From positions 124,001 through 188,000 of the forward strand of contig JBHGNT010000001.1 of assembly GCA_043228905.1 (NCBI GenBank): a DNA stretch of 64,000 nt. Reading direction: 5' to 3'. Below the pieces are notes generated by a model that ran no database searches, was not told the DNA's origin, and saw only the letters and a program-made list of their open reading frames with translations. Positions 40,948 to 52,171 of this stretch are shown here, piece after piece. Source of the stretch: Azolla caroliniana. Taxonomy: Eukaryota > Plantae > Polypodiophyta. How positions within the stretch are numbered: position 1 is the stretch's first letter; each line of letters begins with the position of its first letter. The position numbers were made by a program, and so were the translations under genes.

Positions 40948-42254
40948 TCTTCTTCTTCTTCTTCGATTTGATTTGATTTATTTCGGAAAGGAAAAAGGCT
41001 TGCCTCACACAACACACTCTCACTTACTCGCTAATACTACTACTCCTACTCCTACTACTCTCTACTCACGAAACTCCATGATTCATCTCGTCTCCTCACT
41101 CTTCTTCTTTTTTGTCGAACTTGACTCTCAAGCCGACCCGCAACTTACGTGTGCTTGGCTCTCGGACTTATAATAGAACCCCATCCACACGTTGTTTGTT
41201 TGTTATGGAAGGAAGGAATGAATAGATTCACAAGGCATGTGTGCCATTATATACATACATGCATCTGTAGTGAGCGATTGATCCGTTGCAAACTACCCCA
41301 ATCGAATCCCATGATTAAAAGAAATGGAAGGAGGCCAAATCTCCATTAGATCTCAAGTGACATTTCTCATCTCCCTCTCCTTCCAAAGAGTAGTTTTCTC
41401 TTAAGAGCCGATCCAATCAATAACACATAAGATTTCCTTATCTACATTAAGAATAAACTTTGTTGACAACATGTACTCTTTCTCCTCCCTCTGTATCTCC
41501 CTCTCATGTCCATGTATCAATATCTTATTGAACTAAATATTTAGGAGGACAAGACATAGAACTCAATAGCTTATTGGGATAATTTTGTATCAAGAGATGA
41601 CATTGAACAGATAAGGACATCAACATGACATTAGGACTTTTTGTAAAATTGTCACTGCATCAAAATATGTTGGAGTAAAGTTGTAGTCATGGGACATATG
41701 TATGCCCAACGATTATCCACTTGTGCATTACAAGTTCCTGTTTATTGTTAGTGTGTCATATCCTACTGGGCTAGACACGTACTTAAATAATACACAGAAC
41801 ACTTAGGGATGTCCTCGTGTGCATTGCGACATGTAGGGCTATTGAATCCACAATGGGTTAGTGCAAGTGTAATGTTTTTTTTGCTTTAGGGAGGGAGAGG
41901 TTGGGTGGTGGAGGTCTGTCCACGTTCATTGTCCCCTCTTCTCCCTTAAAATTTTCAATGGTTACATGTTGGTGAATATTAAAAAGATTATGGTTAACAT
42001 TTTGTAGCTTAATTCTCTTTATATTGTTTTAGCTCTAAGATATACATACCTAGTGTCTTTATAACTTAAGTATGCAATACTTGCGAAAGAGTGGGAGAGG
42101 GTCCTAGTTTGTCTTGGTATTTTCCCTTATCTCGATAGAAGCGAAACACTTGCATCCAAAGTGATACTCATCCTCTATCTCTACGTAACATAATCTACAT
42201 ATCCTTTCCTCTCTAACGACTCCATTAGAGCGACCATTTTCAACTTGAGAGAGA

Positions 42255-42402
42255 TGGATGTAGCTCAGTTGGTAAGGTTGCCCAATGGAGACCAGGTGGT
42301 CATGGGAGAGATATATAAGAAGTATATAATAGAGAGGTGAGGAAGTTGGGTTTCAAACCCAGAACGCAGTGCTTATAATGCTAACAACTTACCACTAGGG
42401 TA
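42255..42402. mobile_element. Convergent twin tRNA-like (SINE-like) element, copy 1 (internal deletion)
   Basis: + A-box TAGCTCAGTTGG; - strand TACCCTAGTGGTAAG..GGGTTTGAAACCC. Confidence 0.6.
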
Positions 42403-42508
42403 AGGTAATAACGATAAAAGAAAAGGAGAGAGAAAGAGAGCCATTGTAAGTAGTATTTTTCACACACATTTATTGACAAAATTGTATGTTCTCGCCTAAA
42501 AGAATGAC

Positions 42509-42690
42509 AGATATAGGCATGGTACGATTGCCCAATGGATACCATAAGGTCATAGGTTCAACCCCTACATTCCACATTAGCATCTAGTAAATTAAGAGAT
42601 ATGTATGGATGAATAGAGGTGTATAATTTGGGATTCGAACCCACAACATGATTATCATGGCTAGAAGAGGTGGCACATATTATCGTGATT
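42509..42690. mobile_element. Convergent twin tRNA-like element, copy 2
   Basis: TTGCCCAATGGA..GGTTCAACCCCTACATTCCA shared with copy 3; perfect - strand B-box GGGTTCGAATCCC at 42630-42642. Confidence 0.6.
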
Positions 42691-44008
42691 GGATGTTTCT
42701 ACTCGTATTTGGGGAAACATCATTAGCAAGCGCAGGTGCAAAGACACACATGAATAGGGACGAAGGATCGGTTAGTGGGCAAAATATAATGCATACAATC
42801 CTCAGAAAGGCTTGCAAACTCACAAGCTCCACAAACACAACAACAGAAGCCAAGTATATTGAGAGAAGCTTGGGACACCTCTTTCCACCGATGAGAAGGT
42901 TCATGGGACACAATAACAATAGAAGGCAAGGTACTTGGCCAAGACCATGATGTCACATACATTTATGCCAATATAAAGTCAAACTACTCTGAAAAGGCCT
43001 CCATCACTCCCCAATTTGCTCATCAACTTTTGCAAGCATGCAAAGATGGGATGGATGATAAAAAAAGATGACTTCCAACGACAATAAACGTTGAATATAA
43101 TAGTTGTCTTGCAATTACTGCATGGCCAGATTGAGAATGTGACATCGAGGGAGGGGGGGGGGGGGGGGGGTACCTACAAGAATACCAGATTGGTTGTGGG
43201 TAATTTATAATTGCTTGCGGCTACTATCGTAACTGTTCGACCAAGTCTTCCTCGTTCCCAATGTATAGTTTTGAGAAATTATCTTGGGGTCTTTGCTAAT
43301 GTGTTAGTTAGATTACCCTTCACGTAGAATATAGCATGATAGTGTTAGTAGTAGTTGTTTTGGGTTTCATGCCCTTCAATGTCGGTACTCGTAATTGTAA
43401 AGAATCGGGTGTGATTATGTGTAGTGGAAGTGAACTATGTGTGTGTGTGAGGCAAAGTGCTTCCGCAGACAAAAAGGCGGAAGAAGCCGGCCAAAGAAAA
43501 GAAGTGGTTTTCATCATCATGAAGGCCTTCATGCATGCATGAAGAACATGTTTGATGAACATGCCGATTCATCATGCTTGCTATTTAAAATACTCGTTAG
43601 GTGGTTCCGCTTTTGGGGAAGGCGTGCATTTCAAGCTTGCAAGGAAAATTGCCATTTCCAAGTTCAAAGATTGTTGCTTTAAAGTGGAAAGAAAAATGCA
43701 AAGCATATTCTTGCTAGTGATTCCTCAAGATTGTCGTCGGCTGCTTATGAGATTTGACTCTAGGTCACGCCTTCGGTTTGTGTTTCCGCTTGAAACATAA
43801 TATCACTCGTTGTACTGGAACGGATCCCTGATAAGTTACATAATCCACTGTTAGCATAAAAAATTATAAACCCCTTGAAGTTCTGCTTAACTCTATTTCT
43901 TTGTGAAATCAACAATTGTGGCTTACACCCGACACGAGTCCCACCCATTCTCCCATCTGGCACCCTTTCATAATGTATCACTATTGGCAATGCCCACGAC
44001 CGGCTAGG

Positions 44009-44144
44009 TGCAATTTCTTCCAAGCGATATACCATTCATTGGAAAAAGGCGAGAAAATTATATTGAGAAGTCGTGTAGATAAAGCCAACGCCACCACTTT
44101 GGAAGTCACAAAAAAAGAAGCAACAATTGGTGTGGGAGAGTCAG
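44009..44144 (-). pseudogene. ndhB: Plastid ndhB fragment (NUPT): group II intron end and start of exon 2
   Basis: CTGAC|TCTCCCACACCA.. translates [37 protein letters not shown], matching NdhB SPTPVVAFLSVTSKVAA..ATR....F....NEWH. Confidence 0.8.
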
Positions 44145-44180
44145 TTTTGAAAATAATATTTTCGAGAGAGCGAGGGCAAA

Positions 44181-44358
44181 TGGATGTAGCTTAGTTGGTA
44201 AGGTTGCCCAATGGAAACCATGTGGTCATGGGTTCAACCCCTACATTCCACAGTGGCATCTAGTGAAATAAGAGATATCTATTGAGTAATAGAAAGGTGA
44301 AAAAATTGGGTTTCAAACCCAAGATGTAGTGTTAGTAGTCTAAACGACATACTCTAAT
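44181..44358. mobile_element. Convergent twin tRNA-like element, copy 3
   Basis: TGGATGTAGCTTAGTTGGTAAGG..GGGTTCAACCCCTACATTCCA, then reversed B-box at 44308-44320. Confidence 0.65.
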
Positions 44359-44364
44359 TACGAT

Positions 44365-46113
44365 AAGAGAGAGAGAGAACTGTATTAACATGACAACAAA
44401 CAACCAACATCTTACAAAGAGAAGGAAAAGAGGTGAAGACTTAATTACCTACTAAATATGTGTCATATGACTTAATAACTTCTATCACAGTTAGTTTATG
44501 ATACAAGGAGGTGGGATGTTCATACACTTGGGTATTTGTAGGTGTGTTCCCACACTAGGGAAATTAAGTTTGATTCTTAACACTCCCCTTCAAACGCAAC
44601 TGTCGATCGTCGGATAATCGGCTTTGGGTCTAGATTGGTCTTCGAGTCGACTTTGGTAGTCGGATCCGCGGCCGGCTCACTCTGCTCCATCCAACTTCAT
44701 GTCGGGTGGCAACTCCGTTTGACTTCATGTTGGATTGCATTGCGACTCCTTACTCCCCCTCAAGCTCGGTTGGTTGGCGGTCGAGAGACCTAGGTTTGTT
44801 GTGAACTGCCGCAGCTTGTCGGCTCCCAAGGCCTTTGGGAAGATGTCGGTCGTCTGCAGATTCATGTTGACGTGTTGCAAGTCAACGTATTTGGCTAGAA
44901 CACGTTCTCAAATGAAATGATAGTGCACCTCGATGTGCTTAGTCCGACCATGAAAATTTGGGTTGCGAGCTAGGTGGATATTGCTCATGTTGTTGCAGTA
45001 GAGGAGAATTGGATCCTTGATGAGAACGCCCAGATCCTTCAATACTCTTTTCGGCCAAATGGCTTCACATGTTGTGACAACTATGCCCCTATATTCAACT
45101 TCTGTGCTAGATAGTGTGACTGTCGGTTGCTTCTTGCTACTCCATGATATGGCTCCGCTTTCGAGGGAGAAGACGAATCCCGATGTTGATTGTTTATTGG
45201 ATGTGTGGCCGGCCCAATCGGCTTTTGTGTACCCTTCGAGTCGAATTGGTGTGACCGATTTGTAGAGGATACTGTAATCCGTCGTACCACTTACGTACCT
45301 TAGTACTTGTTTAACGAAATCCAGATGAATGTCACGGGGTGTTTGACAGGAACTGCAACGCTCCTTATACGCAACGCTCGGCCACAACCGAGCTTAGAAT
45401 CATACACAGAAAAACGGGAAATAAAGAATGCACGACACAAAGAAGAGAAGTGTACACATGATGTTTACGTGGAAAACCCCAAACTAGGGAAAAAACCACG
45501 GCAGCCCACAAGCTGCAAACTATCACTATGTTTAAGTGTACAACAGTGAGTTCACAGAGGCAACGACCTCGTGCTCACGGTCTTCGCCACAGGTGGCGGT
45601 TACAACTGAGGCAACGAACTCTTCCTCTCTCGATACACAGTTACGCGCTCCGATCTCACGCAAACAAGAATTACAACTGGCACTAAAAGTTTGCCCTAAG
45701 TCATATTTATATTGATATGACTTTTCGGCTATTTACAAATATAGCCATGATGGACTCTCAGAAACATATTTACGAATATGTCTCTTCATCCGGTGAGCAC
45801 TCCTCACCGGGTCTACACCATCCGGCTCTCCGTAGCCGAGTACTCCTCATCCGGTTCTCACCGGGTCTGCACCATCCGGCTCTCCGTAGCTGTGTACTCC
45901 TCATCCGGTTCTCACCGGGTCTGCACCATCCGGCTCTCCGTAGCCGAGTACTCCTCATCCGGTTTCGGCCGAGGCCTATCGGCCTCGGCCGAGTTTGTTC
46001 ATCAACATTGTTCTTCTCCCTTCCCATCCGGAGGGACCTGTCTCCCAACAGTGTTTGCATCAATTGGCTAAGGAGGCCGATCGGGTAGTTGAGGTTGGGT
46101 CGAGTAATGGTGA
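44365..46113 (-). mobile_element. Copia remnant: RT/RNase H, PPT and partial 3' LTR (44582-44365)
   Basis: TITRPNLNYPIGLLSQLMQTP|RDIHLD..ADWAG..AISWSSKKQ..TKHIEVHYHFI; PPT next to LTR start TGTTAAGAATCAAA. Confidence 0.88.
45344..46050 (-). mobile_element. Copia-type solo LTR (707 bp) with 54-bp internal tandem repeats
   Basis: TG..CA termini, perfect 5-bp TSD GTGTT (45339-45343, 46051-46055); removing it restores the RT frame; GGGTTTTCCACGTAAA motif on - strand. Confidence 0.92.
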
Positions 46114-47135
46114 TGTTGAGAATCAAGCTCAACCTAGTCTAGTGTGTGAACACACCCTTTGAGAATCTATGAGCACTCAAAGGTCAAAGTCACCACTACT
46201 CACTGCACATTAACTATGTGTCATAGAATCATATTCTATGACACATAACTAATGAGTTCCATATTCCCCATGACTAATGAGTCTCCACATTCCCCAAGGT
46301 TCGAGAGTGGGCGTTTTAGTTAGTTAATGAAGAGAGAAGGTGACCTTATATAAAGCACCCTCCTCCTACTTTATAAGTGTTGGTTATTCTCCTTGTAATG
46401 CTATATCTTTGTACTTACTATTCTCCTTGTTAATATACATCTTGAGTATTCTACCTATCTTGTGTCTCTCTTCTCTCCTCGTTTACACACACACTGTACA
46501 CATAACACACAAATCACACATCCTTAATCTCTTCTGCGGCATAGAGAATCACACTCGATTCTTTACATGGTATCACAATGATTTGGTAGCTCAATCTAAC
46601 CTATCCTCGTGTGTTGTGTCTACGCTGACGATTCAAAGAAATCCAGCTCATCACTATCATAGTGTCGATACATAGCTCGTGTCGAAGAGAGAAGAAGAAG
46701 GAAGAAATCTTCATCGACATAATGAATACTCGAATGGGGAGCGCTCTCCCTAGAGAGAAGTTGGATAGAGACAACTTTGCATCTTGGGAGTACAAGATGC
46801 ACCAATACCTTGTCAGCCAAGGCTATTGGGGCTACATTCAATGAGCACAAGAAAACAAACCTGACCCAAAGGATCTTGACTACTCAACATGGGAGCAAGC
46901 GGCGAGCCGAGTGATGTATTGCTTGGCAACATGTGTCCATGTCCACATGCTTGGCTACATTTGAGAAGCCACATCGCCGACGGAAGCGTGGGAGAATCTA
47001 AGAAAGATTTTCGCTGCCAACACAACCGCGAGAACGCTTTAACTCTGCCAAGAGTTGAATAACATCCAACAAAGGGATATGTTCATCACATGCTACACCT
47101 TGAAGATCAATGAGCTTTGTGATCCCTAGGGCTCC
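46114..47135 (+). mobile_element. Copia 5' LTR (46114-46567), Met-i PBS and truncated gag pseudogene
   Basis: TGTTG..TTTACA then TGGTATCA; MGSALPREKLDRDNFASWEYKMHQYL..EAWENLRKIF with stops. Confidence 0.9.
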
Positions 47136-49091
47136 ACTATATCTAAAGGCGTGTATCACGTGCGTGCATGACATCTTTTATAAACCCCTTATACGTATTT
47201 TTTTTACTATTTTAGATACCCTTCTATAAAAAAACGATTAATAAAAATACCCCTTCATGTCACTATATATTTTAATAACAACTCATTTAAAATGCCCTTA
47301 CATAGAAGACACATGCATATTTTATACATGTGTGTATGTGTGTATGTATTGTATTGTATTGTATTGTATGTGTTGTATATCTTAGATGTATGGCATATGT
47401 GTACACATCTATGTGTTGTGTGTGTGTGTGTGTGTGTGGTGGCTCATGTCTATTTGCGCCTAAATCATAAAGAGGCATGGCGAGAGAGTCGTGCCACATA
47501 AGGTATTGGTCGCCCAACTAAGGGTGTGTGCGATTTAGATTAAAAAGTGGCATAAAAAAAATCTTGTTTTTGGTCACTCGACGAGTTACTTGACTCAAAC
47601 GCAATCGCCTGGCCAGTCACTCGACTCAAATTAGGTACCCGAATATCTCAAAGGCCAACAAGTTACAACTACGGAAATGATAAATGAAAAGAATACTAAA
47701 AGTGAATGACCTAGTGATTAGAGCCATTCTTTATATTCAATAGGTGAAAAGTTTGAATCTTTGTTCCCTCTTAGTGAGAAGAGGGTTCACTTTGCTTATT
47801 GGTCAATTTTGGGGTCTTTTAGGTTTACTTCTTCTTCAACTTCTTTCTTTTTTAGGGTTTCAGCATTTGGTTTTAGGGTATGTAGTCACTTTACACTTCA
47901 TTTACATTTAGGGGCACTAATAGTGCTATTGAATTCAATACCTTAATTATTAAATGTGTTCATTTTTTTACATCACAAGTTTGTAGTTGTAGGCACACAC
48001 ACATAGAAAAGATTAATTGAATTTTGAAGGACATAAGGGAAGTGGCTCGACTTGATTTAAGGGAAGGGAATGTCATGATAGGAGAGACTTGGGGATGCCA
48101 TGGGAATCTAGCAACTAGCAATTGATTCTTGCATGTCTATATTTCAAGAAGGGAGAGAGACAAACATGGGAAGCTACAAACATGAATCAAATTTTGCATT
48201 GAACCTAAGGTTTAGGGTTTACTAAAGTGCTAAGGATTGTTTTACTAATAAAGACTCAAGAGTTCATTATTTGGTTTGATAGCTATTCTCTATTTAAACT
48301 TTATGAAATTTCATCAACAATCATTATGAATACTCCACCGCAAGAAGTCCCTTCAAATGCTCGATAATTACTCACATCACAACATATTTTAATGAGGAAG
48401 AGATTAATATATGTTGATTCAATATGTGAATCTTATCAAACAATATATGTGTTGCATGGGTCAAGCAACATTTGGCTTACATTATACATATCAATCACAC
48501 TATTGGCAATACAACATCTCTCTCTAGCACACTGTTTCCTCATATTACATAGTTTGCAACAAACAAACACATGTAAAACCAACTTGCAATAATAATGAAA
48601 CATGTTTCAAATCAAAACACCATTACACTTAAGGTTCAAATGATGTTTGAAACAAACAATTATTCATTAGACTAGAGGAAAGTAATGGAAATAGTTCTAT
48701 ATTACAACACATACAATTATTCATTTATCAATCAACTAGACTATCTTCCCCCTTTACAACAACCACTCAGAAGCTTAAATATGTTTAATATTTTTATTTA
48801 GTAGATCACCTCACTAGGTATCCTCTCCATATTTTAAATAGCCTTCAAGTCTAATGAAGTGTTCTTCATTTTCCTACTTTACAAATGTGACCTTCCACTT
48901 GTTACATATTCGTTAGTCTACGCAACAATCTACCTATTCTGGGCTTTAAATTGCTCTCTATGTAATTACTATATTGAGTATACAAGAGTTTAAAAGCAAA
49001 CACATTTTGAGAAGCAAAAAGCAAACACATTTTGAGAAGCAAAACCATTTGATGTATCATTGAAAGTGAAACATGAATTATGTACCCAAAG

Positions 49092-49160
49092 TGTCATGAT
49101 ATGGCGAGACTCAAACCCATGACCTTATGGTATATGGGTCAAGCTCTTAACCATCACACC
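49092..49160 (-). other. tRNA-derived (SINE-head-like) segment
   Basis: rc TGGTGTGATGGTTAAGAGC..GGTCATGGGTTTGAGTCTC has A/B-box-like motifs. Confidence 0.5.
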
Positions 49161-51428
49161 ATCATATTTATTTCCAATCCGTGGTCGATCAATGCCACCA
49201 CCGGCTCCTGCACATCACTGATCCGGATTGGTGTCTCCATCATAGCCATTGCCTAGTGCGGTTTCATGTAGTGACTTCTGACATTTTGTTCCTTGGTCAC
49301 CACCTCGTCGATATGGGCTGCTTTTACCTCGATCGGCTTCTCCGGCTCCGGCTCCGAAGAAAGTCACTTTCTTTTCACGAGGTCGACTATAGAATCGTGG
49401 AACTGCTTCCTAGCAATCCCCAACACCTCCCTAGGGATCGACCCCTCCAGCTTTTCCGGGCTATTTGTCTTCAACCAAAACTTCGTAGTTCTTGCACGCG
49501 GCTTCCACAAAGTTGGTTTTCTCCTTTACCAGATCGATCCAACCGGTGACCTCTTGGACCCTCCTCTCCGCACAGTCCGCGTCCTCCTTCACCAACTTCT
49601 TTCTAGAGAACCCTTCTAGGCACCACCGGCCAGAATCCGGTGTCTTTCGTCGTCTTGCCGTTCTCCCCTCCAACCCGAATATCGGCCGATGCCGAATAAC
49701 GGAGGGTCTCGGCATGTCGCGTCACAACCTCCTCCATCAGCCTTTTCATTCTACCCCGACCGATTTTTATTTCCAGGGGCCTTCACATGTCGTTCGCATG
49801 CACCCAATTGTTCCAAAGGTACACCACATTGCTCTTAAGTGCGTCAGCGGAGTCAACGTAGTCTCTCTGCATGTATCTGACACCGTCGCACCACATGCAC
49901 CTGAGGTAGTTCAGCGTTGGTCACGCAACTGACCCCTGCCATCCCTCCAAGCTTGCGTAATCTGAAGATCACCCACCATCTTGGTCAACTCCTCTAGGGA
50001 TGTGCCCCCGGATGGTCCAACGACTATGTTGGCCAGAGCCACGCCCGACTCAAGCCACTGTCTTGTCTGTTATGTTCGAGTCGGGATTGGTTCCTCCAAC
50101 CTCTTGGCAATAGGGCCGGTTGTCGACTCCCCCGCATCGTTCCATTCTTGCCATTTGTCGAAACGGTTGCAAACTCTCTTGACCACGGCCAAGTCAGTCA
50201 TGAGCCCTTTGTCTGTCTCCAAGAGGAGACCTACCTTCTCCTAGTCAAGCGCGTCGATAGGCTTAAAGTAGGACGTTGCTCGTATCAAGCAAAGTCTAGT
50301 CTAACGCTGAGAGATGGGCGGATCACTTTTTGAATTCCCGGACGAGCACTAATGTATTCCTCCCTTTTTCGGGGCCCTCAACCCACTCCATGAACTCCCG
50401 CTTCGACAATCTGAGTGAGTCGTCGAAACCAAAACTTTCGAGGAGCCGGCCCTCAAATTCTGTCGAGTCCCGATAGTCGGCCTAAACCTCGAGCACCTAC
50501 GCATGGATGCTCGGTGTCACTACTCACGGGAATCCGAACAACCACCTTTCCTCCGAGATGTCTCGCATTATCACTTTGGCCTAGTAGCCCTCCAAGTACC
50601 TCCTCGCGTCTTTTATGTTGAAATGGCCTATCATGCCGACTACCGTCTCTATGGCCTTGTTGAGGCCACCTGCGCTCTCTTCGGTCGACAACCATGGCCA
50701 TGGCCTCTTCAAGTTCACTTCCCCTCATCTTAGGACTCCTCTGTCATCCTTCTCATGTTGAGTTCACCAAAGATGTCGAGCTAATCGATGCGTATGTGTT
50801 GAAACGAGCGGGACGATCGGGGTCTCAAACCAAGGAGTCGATGAGAGAAGAAGGTTGTCCGAATTGGTTTCCGGGCAACTTCGCCGGAAAGGTTTTGGAA
50901 ACATACCCGATCCGAATCGATTCCAAGAAGCCAGATGGTGAGCGCACGGTTGTCGGACAACAACGAAGAGCTCAAGGGCTCACGCACTCGGATGTGCATA
51001 CTCAAACGGAAATAGAACAGAGATAAGGACACGGGGAGACTCGGCAAATTAATGATTAATAGAGAACACTGAAAAAGATTACAACCGGACGTGGCCGGTA
51101 AAAGAGCTTTGAGCTATTTATACCCACACTCACGCAGACACTAGTGAGCCTCCAATCGGGAGCACACAGGCTACCAACGTGAAACGGAGGCCTCGCAGCA
51201 CAACGACAAGAAACCGGAAAACAGAGAATAAGGAAGCTTGCAAAGCTCGGTCCGACAGCACTTCATTCTCCAATCGATGGATGCCCCCCTGAGTCTTCTC
51301 TCCCTCGTTTTATAGTCAAGGAGGGAGAGACCGTTACATCAGGCTATTAAGGCAACTGCTTTTTGTTCTTGATCCTCTCCTCCATTTTCTCATATCATAT
51401 CTTCTCATTCCTCTCTTTCTGTGCGACA
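49157..51428 (-). mobile_element. Decayed gypsy element (same family): LTR 51428-50774, decayed Trp PBS, gag-protease remnant
   Basis: LTR TGTCGC..CTCGACA, TCTT spacer, TGGTGAACTCAACATGAG; ETPIRISDVQEPVVALIDHGLEINM matches ETPVRIGNIKEPVLALIDHGSEINL. Confidence 0.85.
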
Positions 51429-52171
51429 TTAAAGTACCCATCAAAATCACACTCTCTAGTACTTACTAGTCCTATGTTATTTAATATACACTTGTGTACA
51501 TGAAAACACATTTCGTGTGCATCCGCGCACACCCCATTCACGCGCATCCGGCTCTGTTTTCTTCCTATGGCTGGAATCCTTCACAACAACGGGTCACACC
51601 ACACCGAAACCCTTTGACCTCCCACTTCTTTTTGAGAGGCTTGGATGGAAATGAAACTAGGCCTAGTAGATAGTCATTTCCTTTATCGAATATGTTACAC
51701 CATAACACGTTTTGTACAAATATTATAACTCTTTTAGCTTTAGTTCTATTTTTATTTTTATTTTTATTTCGATGATTGGGTAGACACCCTATTTTTCTTT
51801 CTCTTTCTCTCTCACCTTTTAACCCCCACAACCCCCTTTTCTCTGTCTCGGTCTCTCTCACTCCCCCTTTTTTTGCCTCCAGTTTTTGCTAAAACACAAA
51901 CATATGTAGTCTCCCCCGTTTTCTTCCCCCATTTTTTAAAACAATTAGCGTTTAAAAAAGAGTGTTGTAGCGTGTCTATGTATGTATGTTCTATACATGT
52001 GTGTGTGTTTATCCATGCGTATATGTATATTCTTTGTGTTTGTGTTCGCGCTGTCGTGAAGAATTTCGGCCAGAGGTGGAAACCGGGAAATATTGGCTAC
52101 ATCGATGGGGTGCAGCATGTGTGCTCACCCTTGTACATTTAGTGTGAATAACGAGGGCGCCTTTATGGCGC

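Noticed and set aside
42255-42330. Functional tRNA gene
   Set aside because: D and anticodon stems do not pair and the T-arm is deleted; all tRNA-like modules here are treated as derived sequences
43437-43800. Possible DYW/PPR remnant (HFK, Cys-rich)
   Set aside because: No HSE, CxDCH or DYW motifs in any frame I read
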